A DNA stretch of 64,000 bases, from the NCBI GenBank assembly GCA_013239625.1, contig MU056050.1, forward strand, positions 2,590,084 through 2,654,083, given 5' to 3'. How positions within the stretch are numbered: position 1 is the stretch's first letter; every line of letters starts with the position of its first letter. The notes beneath the pieces were generated by a model. It was given only the letters and a program-made list of their open reading frames with translations. It was not told where the DNA came from and ran no database searches. The position numbers and the translations under genes were made by a program. Source of the DNA: Lama guanicoe (lineage: Eukaryota). Shown piece after piece: positions 12,838 through 27,998 of this stretch.

Positions 12838-14139
12838 TAAATACACATATATGAATAAACATAATTATATGTTTAATGTCTAACATATATTTAGCTATGT
12901 CTCAGATGTTGTCTTTTAAAAATGCTTTTTTTTTTTCCTGGTTGGTGTGGTTTCTTTGACTTTTAGACCAAATATCTTTCATTATCTACTTATATTACTA
13001 TAAAGTTGGAATTACTACATCATTGTTTCTAGTAGTTTATTTTATAAAGCATAGTATGCTAAGCAAAATACGGTATTCTGTTGACTTTATTTTTACTTAC
13101 ACATGACTCAATATAAAGCAAATCAGTAAATTTCTTATTCTAAAGCACCCTAAAAATGTAACCTACAAGCGTTTAAGTCTAATGGGTTACTTTTGGCAAG
13201 TTTTACTCTTTATAAGTAATGTCAAGGATAAAAACTAACAAAGTGAAGTTCTGAGTCAGTAGAATGTAAGTTTAGAGCATCAGTTGGGTAGCCTGAGGGG
13301 TGTGGATGACTTAGGGAATTGTTAAATCATTTTGCTGTTTTGGAAAATATGTTTCACTTTGTGCATGTGAAAATACATTGTGCAAAAGATGATTTGTTTT
13401 TGTTCACCATTTTCTTTGCCAAAATGAAGTTTGGATTTATATTTTCTCACAACACATTTTCTTTTAAAAAGTCTAAATAATGCAGAAATGTACAATGAAG
13501 AAAGTAAAAATTTCCCATTTTAAACATGTAAACATTGTGGTGAATGTACATATGTATGTATATACACACACACCTATGTATAAATATGTCATAGAATTTT
13601 GCTTAAATGAAATCATACTATGTAAATGGTTTAATTTGCTTTTAAAAGTTAACAGTATGTTGTCAGCAGCTTTCTTATCAGTGAATTTTTCCTGTCTGTA
13701 ATTTTTAATGGTATCATAGCATCCCATTTTATGTAAGGAACATAATTTATTTAACTAGTCTTTGGAATATCTTTTTAGAGGGTACATAATCCATGTGTTT
13801 CATAATTTCATATGCATTCTTAGTCCTCTAAAAAGTAATAGTTTGAGAGAGAGTGAAAAGAGAAAGTGGGAAAGAATACAAATGTTAAATCATGACTATC
13901 CAAAGACAGCCATAATTCTAGTGGGTAGGATATGGTTATTCATTAGAAAACCGGTTTTTGTTTGTTTGTTTGTTTGTTTTTTCTGTCATCATCTTGCAAA
14001 ACAGAAACTACTTTAGACCTTGATTTGATTTGCACGCTGAGATAAGACTTATAGTGGCATCTGAATAGAGTAGCCACTGCTTTGAGTCAGGTGTTAGGGG
14101 TCAGATCAAGGACTTATTATAATGGTAATATTTTGACCC

Positions 14140-14325
14140 TATACTATGTATGTTGGATGCACTGTGCTAAAATTTTACATGTTATCTAATTTAATGATTG
14201 AACAACCCTGTAGATTAGAAAACTTCCTTATTTTTATAGATAGGAAACTGAGGTCTAGAGAAGCTTAGTGGTAAAAGGATTTGAGCCCACATCTGTTAAA
14301 AGATGATGTTCTTAATCCACTATAG
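14140..14325 (-). mobile_element. MIR SINE relic
   Basis: acaaccctgtag...tttatagataggaaactgaggtctagagaag, MIR core-like. Confidence 0.65.
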
Positions 14326-14884
14326 TATACTATCTAGTCTTGTTTTCTGCTCTACAAGATTATACCCAGGTTAGCATGTTTACTTCTTGTACTTGCCAAT
14401 ATTATCACTCCTTGCACATTGTTTTTTCTAGCACAGCGTATCCGTTGAGTCATTTTAATTGTACTAATTAGTTTTTCATACCAACAGGGAATATTGAGGC
14501 ATATGATAGATAAATTGCAAATACATAGCTCCATGTTAATTAACATGAACATTTTATACTTTTCTAGTGTACTCTTTGTAGTTGATCTTTTCTTTCACCC
14601 TTATCTCTGAAATTCCTTTTACTGGGGACAAAAGCCTGGGGACAAAAGCTTTTCATTCTACAATTAGTAATTAATGACTTAGGTTCACAAAGACTGAATC
14701 TTATTAACAAAATAATGTAAATTAACAAGTAGTATCTCTCATTTGTTAGGAAGGGATTTGAAGTAGTTCTTAAGAGTAGAGTGGTTTTGGACTCTTGAAG
14801 AAGGAGGAAGGACCCTTTATGGAACAAAGTATAGAAACATACAGACTGTCAGTGGAAATAAGTTTGTAGACCTGGCAGTAGATC

Positions 14885-15052
14885 ACAGATCTGCAAACTA
14901 TGGACTGTTTTTGTACTGCCCACAAACTAAGAATGGTTTTTACATTTTTAAAGTGTTGTAAGAATAAAGATTGTGGCAGAGACAGTTTGTGGCCTGCAGA
15001 GCCTAAAATGTTTACTATCTGGTACTTTACAGAAAGTTTGTTGACTGTTGGC
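14885..15052. mobile_element. hAT-Charlie MER58-like element
   Basis: ctaagaatggtttttacatttttaa...tgtggcctgcagagcctaaaatgtttactatctgg...tttacagaaagtttg, recognised from memory of the family consensus. Confidence 0.75.
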
Positions 15053-15519
15053 TCTAGATCATAGAAATGTATAGGTCTAAAAGAGACCTTCAAAATCATT
15101 GAATCTGTAAATATTTTAATACAATTCTAGCGTTTTAGAAATGAATACTCTGAGTTAGGGAATAACTTGTTTTTTAGTAACAAGGTATAAGTGCTGTTGG
15201 AGATACTTTATAACTAAGGCAGGTAGGCAACCTTTTCACGATTTAAGAAGTCCCTATTCCCAATATCAGCAACTTTCTTATAAAGGGACTTCATTTCCGT
15301 AGTGTTCATTAATTGAATTTTCATGATAAACAAGTGTTGGAGGGAGGGCCCAGAACAAGAATGAGATTGATACACCCATTCATACTGTTTAGAATTCCTT
15401 TGTCAACGCACTGCAATGATTTATAAGGCTAACAATAGACATCAAGTTAAAATATTGAATTATGAGTTACTTATTTCATAGAGTTTTATTATTCTTGTTG
15501 CCCACTCCAGCCTGCACCC

Positions 15520-15680
15520 TAGAGCAACAATCCTATGAAGTAGGCGCAGTTGTATTCTCACTTTACAAGTTAGGAAATCTCTGCAGCACAGTGTGATTAA
15601 GTAACTTGCCCAAGATCCCTCAGCTAACAGGGATAGAAATTTAGACTCATACAGTCTGCTAGTCTGCAGAGACTGTGCTC
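15520..15680 (-). mobile_element. MIR SINE relic
   Basis: caacaatcctatgaagtagg...attaagtaacttgcccaagatc. Confidence 0.65.
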
Positions 15681-15888
15681 CTACCTGCAGTGTCACATGT
15701 GGTATATAGTAGTATAAATGAAAAAGGTGATACCACAAAGAAGCTGTCACCATATCATTTTATTATGACATATGTGTATGGTACTCCCCTTTAGGTCAGG
15801 TTTTAAGCATGTTATAATTATGAATCCTATCAGCTGCTTCTGCTGTATTTTATTTTTGAACTCTCAAGGATATAAGGATATAATTTAA

Positions 15889-16146
<258 letters not shown>

Positions 16147-17499
16147 TGATTTTTCTAATTGTGTTTTAAGAATTTCTAACACTGCTTATTAGAAAAAAGC
16201 AACAAACTAGTCAGAAAACTAGGGATTTGTCTATTTAGGCGTAAGACCTTTAATCTGTGTCTCGTCATTTTCTGCTGCATTATTTTCTTTTAATGGCACA
16301 TAATAAAAAATTATTTGGTCAAAAAATATGCTGATGTGAACCCTGACTATGAGGTTTCAGTTTCCCCTGAATTTATGTAGTGGCTATTAAAATATGAAGT
16401 CCTTTGCCCATACAGAATTCTTGGTTGAGTGACCTAATAAAATCACTATCCACTTCAGTGAACTGAATTATTTTGATCACAGTTGTATTTTACAAATTTT
16501 ATTACCTGTGCTGTTTCTTAGCTGAAGAGTAAAAAGTTGGAGTCATATCCTTGTCAAATCACCTTAAATTTTGCTTCTTCATAATTTTATGACAATAAAA
16601 GCATTCAGGCTTTACACTGGAGGCTAAACCCATATATGGTTTTAAATATTGAATAAATACTAAAAGAATATACATGCCTAGTGAAATTGTTTAATTTACA
16701 AAAGCAATAAGGAATTTTTTTTTCCTTCATGGAATTAACTTTAATCAACAAAAGGTACACATGGATGGTTTAGGGAGGGCTAGCCATTAAGCTTTTTGTT
16801 TTTAATGAATAACTGAAATGTAAATCTTATTTATAAATATGGAGTTATCTAAATATGTGTAATTTTATAAATACATTTTAAAATATCAATTTAAACTAAT
16901 GAACATTTTTACACGTAAAATGAAAAAGAATTGTTGGCTTTTGAAGTATCAATTGCACAGTGCAATGTATTTTCTTAAATTCAAATTCACCTTTTATGCA
17001 TATATGGTTTATGTTCACATAGCTGTGATTAGGATGTAGATTTTATTTCTTGTTTAATGTTTTAAATGATTATTTTGTGTACATATTTGAAAAATAATTT
17101 CTTGTTATATTACTGTGCCATGGTTTATTTAGTCATTCCCTAATTTAAAAAATTATCGTCTTTGTAGTTCCCATTTTGGGTTAGTTTTATTGAAGGGATA
17201 AATTATCTGTCACATCATATACCATTTTATCACCTTCCTTTTTATATTTATATTATACTTCTCTAATATTTTGTTCTAGGTGGCTAAATGCGTTAATCTT
17301 TTTTCTGATATCTTTTGTTTTTTGTTAACATCAGAAACCTCAACTTATATCCACAGCTAATTAGGCTATTCTATTTTTGTTTAGTCTTTTTTTTTTTTAA
17401 CTTTTTGGCATATCTGAAATTTTAATAGAAATTGTGAGGGCTTAGCTTTGTATTTCTTTTTGTTAATGATATCTCAGTGTTTAAAGAATAAACATTTTC

Positions 17500-18080
17500 C
17501 TTTTTTTCTGTTGCTTATGGTTTGTCATATGTTAAGATTGTACCTCTGTGCCATTTTTCTGTTTCTAAATGTGCTTTTCCCCTTAAAAGCAGAATGTCCA
17601 CAGTGTATCTCCATTGGTTTCCTTGAATCATTTTTCCACCTCCAGTTTGTTTTGTGTACTCCCACTTGTGTTATCTTTCTAATACCAATTTTGATCAAGG
17701 AAGTCTTCTGTTTACAAACTTTCAAGAGTTCTTCCTTATCTAAAAGTTCCAGCCCCAACTTCCTTTTGGAATACTTGCTGTTTTATAGCCACAGTATGTT
17801 CTCTGCCCCCAGACCATTCTTTTAGTTTTTCTTACTGCATGGAATATTGTTATTTTCCTCTCTTCCATATCGTACAGGATTGACTAAATCAAATGTCACT
17901 CTTTTTTTGAGAAGCATTCTTGGACTCTGTCTCCTTCTACCCATGAATGTTTTTCTTACTCTTCTCTTTCCAATGTAGCACTTAGTATATTGTATTTTAG
18001 TTATGCACATGTCTGTATTTGCTTCTAGATTATTCATTCCTTAACCGAAGACTGTGTGTTACTTTTTTGTATTCCCAGAG
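17500..18080. mobile_element. Old L2-like relic (approximate)
   Basis: Pyrimidine-rich degenerate sequence with aaatgtcact...gaagcattct and gtattcccagag motifs typical of L2 3' regions. Confidence 0.4.
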
Positions 18081-18451
18081 TATACTTATTTCAGTAATTA
18101 TAAGGGAGAGTGAATAAGTACAAGACTGGCTGTTGGTTTTAAAATACTTCTTAAATTTTAAGAAAGGACAAACCATGCATGTGTCCCTAGTTCTATTAGA
18201 TGATAGATGTTGAATTTTGTTGAATGAGTTCTTAGTATACTATATGATTAAAATTTTTAAATATAGTTCAATGTGATAGCTTGTTTTATTTTTACTCTTT
18301 GTGTTCAATAGGTATTTATTACAGCAGCCATATATAAACTCTAGTATAAACTCTACTTGATCTTCATTAATAACTTTTAAATGTGATATGGTGATCTTTT
18401 TGTGAGATTTCATTAAATTTTTTTTATATCTTTATTGACAAGAATAGCCAT

Positions 18452-18990
18452 TCTAGTTATTTATTGCTGCATAACAAACCACCCCAAACTTAGTGATGTA
18501 AAAAAACAGCCACTTTATTATGCTTAGTGATTCTGTGGATCTAGAATTCAGACAGAACTTAAATAGATTTGTCTCTTCTGTGCTGCTTATCCTTGATGGC
18601 TGGGGTTTTAGCTGAGATAGCTTGAAAGCCTGGAGGTCAGAAAAACAGGGACTATAGTCATCTGCAGTCTTCTTTATTTATGTTTGGTGCCTAGTTAGGA
18701 GTGACTTGAAGGCTGGGCTCAGCTGTAACTATAACCTAGAGTACCTACAATGGCCCTTCCATGTGGCATTGTTTTCTTTTAGTATGGATTCTGGGTTTGG
18801 AGAGGGTGTCCTGTGAGGAAGTATTTAGATCCCCAATGCTGTAAGAACCCAATACAGAAATTGAGTAGCCTCCTATGACCTAATCTTGGAAACATTATTT
18901 CCGCCGTACTCTGTTCTAGAGAAGGGGGCATAGACCCCACTTCTTTTTGGGGAACAATGTCAAACAACTAGGGGCGATGTTTTAAAACTT
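18452..18990. mobile_element. ERVL-MaLR (MLT1-like) solo LTR
   Basis: tattgctgcataacaaaccaccccaaacttagtg...ttctgtggatctagaattcagacag...gctgggctcagctg, MLT1 signature. Confidence 0.8.
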
Positions 18991-19459
18991 TCATAGTCCC
19001 TTAATATATTCTCTTGATACTTATTGCCTGTATCATATTTGGAAATCATCTTAAACACATTTCTTTCATAAATTGAGTTGATTAACTTATACAAGCTGCT
19101 GTAAAATTTAGAAAAGGACTGAAATCTAGAAATTAAGCAAAATTTTAGAATATGTCCAGTTTCTCTGAGCCAGGTAATTCTTAGATAATATTTCCTTTTT
19201 CTTTTCTTTTTGTGTAATCATATTATCTTTCTTGTACAACAAATTGTACATATTTTATTTATTCAGTTCATACCCAGATTCCATATTTATTGGTATATAA
19301 CTTAATATATTTTCCCCTCATAACTTTTCATTTTTTATATTAGCTGTTATTTATTATCCTAATTAAAAAATTTTTTAAATTGTTTTTTTGTTGTGATTTC
19401 TTCCATCCACAAAGGAATCCAGTACTGCTTAAATTTTTTAGTTCTGTTATTTAAAAAAA

Positions 19460-21080
19460 ATTGCTACATTGAGATATACATCACAAACCATAAAATTCAC
19501 CCTTTTAAAGTGTAAATTCAGTGGTTTTTAGTACATTCATAGAGTTGTACAACCATTACCACAATCTAATTTTAGAATTTTTTTTTAATACCCTGGAAAG
19601 AAACCTTCTGCCCATCAGCAGTTAGTTTCTCCTCACCTGCCCCCAGGTTTAAGTAACCATGAATCTATTTTCTATAAATTTACCTATTCTGAACATTCCA
19701 AATAAAGGGAATCATACAATATATGGTCCTTTTTGAATGGTTTCTTTGACTTAGCATAATGTTTTAAAGGTTCATCCATGTTGTGGCATGTATTATAACT
19801 TCGTTTTTATTGCCAAATAATATTCCATTGTATGGATTATACCATATGTATATATTTTTTAATCCATCCATCCCTTGACATACCTATGGTTTGTCTCCAC
19901 ATTTTGGACATTGTGAATAATGCTGTTAAGAGTATTATTATACAAGTTTTTGGACATACGTTTTCATTTCTCTTGGGTAGTATATACCTAGGAGTTGAGT
20001 TGCAGTGTCATTTGGCTACTCTTTAACCTTTTGAGGAGCTGCCAAACTAGTTTTTCAAAGTGGCAGCACCATTTTACATTTTCACCAGCAGTGTTTTAGC
20101 ATCCCATTTCTCCAAATCCTTGCCAACATTTGTTATTGTATGTATTTTTTAATTATTGCCATCCTAGTGGTTATGAAGTGGTATATTATTGTGGTTTTGA
20201 TTTCCATTTCATTCATAACCAGTTACATTGAGCGTCTTTGCATGTGCTAATGGCCATTTGTTATATCTTTCACATAGAACTGTCTATTCATATCCTTTGC
20301 CTATATTTTTAATTGAGTTATTTGACTTTTTAAAATTATTAAGTGTATTTCTTTATATTTTCTGGGCACAAATCCTGTATCAGACACAGGATTTGCAAAC
20401 ATTTTCTCCCATTCTGTGGGATATCTTTTCACTTCCTTGATGGAGTCCTTTGAATAACAAAAAGTTTTAATTTTGAGTAAGTCAAATTTATTTTTCCTTT
20501 TGTCTTGTGCTTTTTGATCTAATATTGAAGGTTTTGCCTAATGCACGGTTATGCAAATTTACTTCTGTGTTTTATTGTTTTAGTTCTTACATTTAGGTCT
20601 TTGATCCAGTTTCAGTTAAGTATCGTGTACAGTGTGAGATAGGGTCCAACCTCATTCTTTTACATAACAGATACCTAGTTGTTCCAGAACCATTTGTTGA
20701 AAAGACTAGTCTTTCTTTATTGAATTGTGTTGGCATCCTTGTCAAAAATCAAATGACCATCAATCTAAGGATTTATTTCTGGACTCTGAATTTTATTCAT
20801 TAATCTGCATATCTGCCCTTATGTCAGTACTGTACTGTCTTGATTACTGTCGCTTTGTAGTAAGTTTATAATTCATGAAGTGTTGAGTCTTCCGATTATG
20901 TTCTTTTTTCAAGATTGTTTTGACTCTTCTGGATCTCTTGCATTACTATAAGAACTTCAGAATCAGCTTTCCAATTTCTGCTAAGAAGCCACCTGGGAGT
21001 TTGACAGGGATTGCATTGAGTCTATAGATCAATTTGGAGGCTATTGTCATCTAACAATATCAAGTCTCCAGATCCATGAA
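19460..21080 (-). mobile_element. Degenerate LINE-1 (L1MB-like 3' end plus ORF2 remnant)
   Basis: accataaaattcacccttttaaagtgta..., gttcatccatgttgtggcatg, caccattttacattttcaccagca, ccatttgttgaaaagact. Confidence 0.9.
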
Positions 21081-21642
21081 CTGTCTTACTTTCTTCTGAT
21101 GTCTATTTAGCCTTCAATTTGCCTTTCTTATTAATATGGGACTATTAATTAGTGCTCACTATTGGAAAAAGGTGTTATTTTATTCTGCATTTCCTCAGGC
21201 ATTCATTTTTTAAAATTAAAAAAAAAAGTTTCATTCCATTGCAGTGTTAATATTTTAAATATTATTTAGTACAATATTTTGCTAAAAATATTTAGTACAT
21301 TATTTAGTCAAAAATATTTTAGTGTTTCCTAAGACATCTATGGTGTCACTAAGAAATAATAAATAATTTCAGTTTATAGAGTTGGATCCCATAGTTGTCA
21401 GATTCCTTTTAATGCAAAAAATGTAGAAGATGGATCATCATTATGTTTTATCAGGTGATTAATTTACTGAATTTGATTCTATTTTATTATATTTTAACTT
21501 TAAACTTCAGTATATAAATATGTATTTATTGAAGTAATGTGATACCACTTAATACTGAATCTTAATGACTTTAATCTGACTTAATTAATTCTTGGAACAT
21601 AAGAAAAAGCTAATGGTTTTTTCCTCCTCTTTTCTACTGTAG

Positions 21643-21777
<135 letters not shown>

Positions 21778-24700
21778 TGATCTCTTCTTACTTCACCTAA
21801 AGATACATTAGCCATTTACATGGAAAATAATGCCAAGATACTGAATTGTTTGCATTATAACCAAAGAAAATGTATTTAAGGAAAAAAAAAGCAAAGAACA
21901 ACGTAAGAGAGGAAGTCTCTTGAAATAGTTGTTTTCATATGTGAAAGTTAACCAAAAACTTGGCAATTTATAATTGTTATGTTACTTTTATTAAATATAT
22001 CTCCCACTTTCAGCATCTGGTTTTAGGAACAAAGAAATGGATTAAGAAGGGAGGAAGAAGATAATGAAGAGATACAGGTTCAAGTGGCAGGGAAATGTAA
22101 AGTGTAGGGAATTAAAAAGTGCCCTGAATAACAGTAAGTAAGTAAGTAAGTTAAGCAAGGTATTGGTGAAATCTCCAGGTTTTTTTTTTTCCTAAAAGGA
22201 AAAAAACTCTGGAGTAGGGAGTGGGGTCTTATTTAAAATGTTTATACTTTATTTAGAAAGGTTTTTAAGTAAGAGTAGAGAAAATATATAGAAATGTCTT
22301 TCCTGGAACAAAAGTTTAGCATACACATTTGGCAGGGGGACAAAATTGTGTAAATTGGAGAGTCATATATCCTGATCTGGATTAGTAGATAAGTCAGTCA
22401 AGATCATGGGCAGGTTCTGATCTATTCTGTATCTCCCCAGTACTTGTCCCATCCTTGAAATTCTAGAAGATAACATGAGCAAATAAATGTTACAGAGTTT
22501 TCCAGGGGTATTACATATTTTAATGAAAATGGCACCAAAGACATAGGCATTAGAAGTCAGGAAGAGGAAAGGTTGCTAAAAATAGATCTAAAAAACTAAG
22601 ATGTTAAAAAATGACTGATTTAAGCAAATCTGAAAAAAGATTGCAAGAAGAAATTTACTAATGTCTACTCCTTTAATTCTATAAAATTTCTTCAAAAACC
22701 CTGTCATTGGAATTGGAAAACAAGTAACATTATAAGAACTGATGAATTTTATTTGAGGTTGATCACAACTTCCAGTGTAGCCTCCATGTTAAATGTTACA
22801 TGTGTGAGGCCTGGTAGGCAAATTTATTAACTTCTTGAGTCTGTGGTCTTCATAATACCATTAATGTGGTCAGTTTTGAGAAATTTTTTAAAATGTCTTG
22901 AGAATTGCCTACTTTACTTGACAGTTTTTGCTAAAGGTAGCTGTAAATCAGTATTACAAAATTCCACTGAATCTGCTCAGAGGAAGTGTTGTGATAATGA
23001 CAGTGTAATGAACCAGTGTAATTCTTTAGTTAATGTTATTTTTATTTTGTCTATGTCCAGTCCATCTTTCTGGAGTAGAAGGGTACAAGTACCTGTTTGT
23101 TGTGTGATGTAATCAAGAGCAATGTCATTTCTCTTTAGATTCCTTGAAAATGGAAGGTTGATTGCAGAACAGCTGAATAGGTGCCAGAAATAATTTGATG
23201 AGTTGAAATTCTAATTTTTATCTTTAGCCTTCCCTGTTTTACTGTAGTTTGATCAGTTTTAGTTTCCTAATTGGGCTTCTGAATTGCAGTTTTAAAACAA
23301 AGCCCTAATAAGAGCATTTTCCCTTTATCAGATATATTTCCTTTTCTGGCATCATTGTGTTTATAAGTCAGGAACTTTCAACATTTTGGATATACCTTGT
23401 CACAAACCAGATTGTGAAGATTTTTTTTTTAAATTAAAGGTGTTGAATACTTAAATAGATTTCAACATGCTATAATATTTATTTTAGAATCAGAGAAGCT
23501 ACATACAGAGAAATTTACCAGGTAATCAAAAGTTAAGGTCATTAAGTACTTAGAAAACACACTCAATTATTTTGATAGAATTCTTTTATAAATGAGTTAG
23601 AAATAACTTTAAATAGATACAGTGTACTTTAACATTTTCCTGTGGATTTAGCATTGTTATTATGAATGCCAGTTATTTTACTGTAGTTATGCCTTCTGCA
23701 GCTATTGAGATGTGTGTAGAGGTGTTTGACCCTACACTGAATGGCTCCAGAACACCCTGGTGGGTGATTCTGTGGCGAGTATTGTTTCCTTCTTTCCTGG
23801 TCTGCTGTCACTTTGCGGTTTACCAGTTTTTAGCAGTCTCACTTCATTGTCCCCCACACTTTTAAGGCAGTAGAATCTGACCTGATGTTCTGATGGCTCC
23901 TTCACGCCTGCCTCAGGAATGAGGCATGGAGTTTGTGACAGCTACTTTGTTTTCTGTTTATATTTGGATTTATGGCTGTTAGGTTTATGAGATGAGAGGA
24001 GGGGCTTTAGGAGTTTATCAAATCGTATGCAGTAAGTTTGCTTTGAGATTTATTTATATATAAATGCTTATTTCATAGAGATTATTTCAGGGGTTGAGTT
24101 AGTTGTCCTTCTCTAGCATTGCCAAGTTTATAGTGTCTGGGTAGAAAGTATAGGAAAGTTCTGAAGATACATCCATGGCTCTAGATAAAAATTAAAAATC
24201 CTTTGAAAGGTTTTTGAGGATGTGCTTCTTTAGCCAGGGAAATGGTGCTTTCTTCCAAATTTGTTAATATTTTAAACAATCATTTGGTTCTTAAACGTTG
24301 TGGTAAGTAAGGGCTCTTCGACAGTACCAGTAGAAGCTGATCTCACCTAGGGCTGGGCAGCATGATGTAGACAAATAATCTCAAATTATTTAACATCTCT
24401 TTGCCCTAGCATAAATTTCCTCATCTATAAAGCCAGGATTATAGTACCTGCTAAATAGGCTTGTTACCAGGGCTGAAATGGCTGGTGCATAAGAGGCTCA
24501 ATGGATGTTAGTTCCTGTTCTACTCTTGCTGGCTTTGTTACACTACTAGAAAGTCTTAAATTGCATGCTCACAGAGAAGGAGCTTGGTTCTTCTTTTCAA
24601 ATTTGGGGTTGGAAGGAGAGACTATGATGTTCTATTGTTAAATTTACACACGCAGACATACACACATGTGCATGCATATACAAAATATAACTTGGTCAAT

Positions 24701-25652
24701 TGAAATGTATCTATTAATTATTTCTAATTTTTATAATAAATCTCGTATTCCTGTACCAAGACATTCTTCTTCTAGGTGTTACTGTATTTATGATACTCAG
24801 TGATAAAACTGGCAAGGAATAAACAATCTAGCATTAGAAATGTGGTTTAGAAAATTCAGTTTTTACATTTTTTTTTTAAATCTGACACCCAATAAGTGTG
24901 CATCTTCTTCCTGAATTGTCTCTTACTCATATAACTTTCTCCTAGAAATCCCCTTCCTGATATTTGACCTGGCTAACTTTTACTGCTTCTTGTAATGTGC
25001 ATCATTCTCTCCCATCCTCCTTTAAAACTCTAAATGTCCTTATCAGATTCTTTCTCTGTGAAGGAATGCAGATCTTATGTAAATCTTTTTTCTTTTTTTG
25101 GTCTGAGTTGTAGCCTTTCTTGGCTTTTCCATTCATTAGGACATTATGTACTACCTTCAATACTTTATTTTTCCCTTCTCCCCCTCACCCCCATTATTCT
25201 TTGTTTAAACTTCCAACTAGATTACAGGTTTCTGGATGGGCAGGAACTACAACTTACTACTTACATTTATTTGAAATCCTTTTAGGGGATGATGGGATAT
25301 AGTTACCTTACATATAATTGTGCTAAATAAGGAAACCTGGCTGAAGTGAACTCTACCTTGTTACTCTTTCCCTTAGTATCTTCAGGTTCATTCTCAAGGT
25401 TTTAAATGTTACCCTGGATGCTGCCTCGTGCTTGATGACATATGCCTTATATTAAAGGGTCTAAGCCAGTGTACATATTCTAAGCATAAGTAAAGTAAGC
25501 CAGATAGAAATGGCTAAGGCTGATTGTGCTAGGCAAAAAGATATGTCAGAAGTGTGAGGCTGTTTTCTTGTGTATGAGAATGGCATTTGTGCTTTATTTA
25601 TATAGAGTTAGAGTATCATGGTAAAGATCATGTGATAAAGAAGTACCCCTAA

Positions 25653-25907
<255 letters not shown>

Positions 25908-25909
25908 TA

Positions 25910-26118
25910 GTGTTGTGGATAAGAGCTTTGGCATTAGAAATTCAACCAAATGATGGCTATGTGATCTTGGGTAAGTTGTCATCTTACATCAGTTTTATCA
26001 TCTGTAAAATGGAGCTAGAAATACTTACAAGGCTGTTACGAAGATTGAATTCAGTAATATTTGAAAAATTCCTTAGCATTTTACAGTGCCTGGTACATAG
26101 TAAATGGTAGCTATTATT
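25910..26118 (+). mobile_element. MIR SINE relic
   Basis: gctatgtgatcttgggtaagtt...catctgtaaaatgg...acagtgcctggtacatagtaaatg. Confidence 0.75.
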
Positions 26119-27710
26119 ATTTGTCAAAAATTACAATTTCAAGGAAGAATAAAATTAAGAGTCTATGAACATACCTTAGGATGTTGTAAAAGATTCAGTA
26201 AATATTTGGGGAACAGGTAGAAGCTTAGGCAAAGGAATGTGTATATATATTTATTTTATATATTTTACTGTTGAAGATCTTTATGTTTCAAATATGAGTA
26301 ATAGGAAAAATACAAATACATAATAAATAGTAGCTTAGACTTGAGTTGATCCTTTATCACTTTGAAGTGGTGTCTTTGAAGTATTATTACCAATAAAGAC
26401 ATATTTAGATTTACTATAATACAAGCTCCTTCAGAGCAGAAATTTTTGCTTGTTTTGTTCACAGCTGTATTCCAGCACCAGTAGGGTAGAAAGCCTTGTC
26501 TCATTGGAGTTTATTTGATCATTTTTTTCTGCTTACTTGGATGAAGGAACTATCATTCTAAAAGATAGACAAGAGTTGTTAAAATGGCTTTGATGATCAC
26601 TAAGTGCTATTAATCAGTCTCTAAGTAGTTGAGAGGTAATTATGAGAAGTGGTATTATTTTAACCTTCTGATATTAAATGTTTTAGTGAGAACTTTCTTA
26701 CTAAAAGGAAACAGCTATTTTAGATAAGAGTCCTGAAATAAGATTTGAAAATTGCAGCAAATCAAGTTGCTAACAACAATTAAGATGATACCTTTCAGTA
26801 TAGTCACTAAATGAGCTAGTCAGAAAACGTGGAAGAAAACCTTTTTGTGGAGAATTAGGAACTTATTCTCAGATGACACATAGTTCAACTTATGTATGAC
26901 ATGACTTAAAATTCTTTTAAAAATTGCTCTAATAAAATTTAATTGTTAAAGAATTTACTAAACCATACTGATAAAATGACCTAAAATTTCTAGGACATTC
27001 TTGTCAGAAACTCTTACTTTTAGAGGTTCTGTGTGATGTTGATCTCTGCTTTTATTTTTAAGACTTGTTTTTAATAATTTATGGAGAATCTCAGTGTATC
27101 CGCACTGGTGAATACCCCATCTTTATATATAGGAATACTTGAGTACTAGTCTTTCCAGGCCATACTGGCTACATTTTCATTTTTTAAAAAATTATCCCAT
27201 TGTTTATGTCTACTGACTGTTTAATGTCTTGAAGCTAATGAAAACATACATTGTAATCCTTCAATTATTTATAAGTCATAGATCAATCCCTTAGGCTGGC
27301 TGAGAATATCATTTCATCATTTTGAATTCATTAAAAAATATAACTTTGGTTTGATTTTGGTTTGCTTTTATTTTAAAGAAATTTAGTAAGTTTGTATCTG
27401 CTTATCAGAATAATGTTTTGCTTTGATGGGAAAGGCTTCTTATTTTTAACCTCTGAGTAATTGGTATGTATTTTCATTGGTTAGAGTGAATTCATTATAT
27501 CCATTTTGATCTTAAATAAAAGAGCAGAGGTGCTCAAAGGTACCTCTCCTTTTACATATTATTCTCTTACCTACTTTGAGGATTTATTGTAGAAGAAACA
27601 TGAGATAAAGGAGTCTTTTCAACTTCTGCCTAAGGTATTTCAAAAACAAGTAAAATTTTATTAAGTCCTGCATTTTTAAATGAAATTACTGTTTAAAATT
27701 TCTATTTTAG

Positions 27711-27998
<288 letters not shown>

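Noticed and set aside
17448..17825. 125-aa plus-strand ORF
   Set aside because: Starts at TTG, is Phe/Leu-biased as expected from T-rich intron or old repeat, and has no recognisable homology
23830..23943. Possible H/ACA snoRNA (hairpin followed by ACA)
   Set aside because: No ANANNA H box at the expected hinge and no convincing first hairpin
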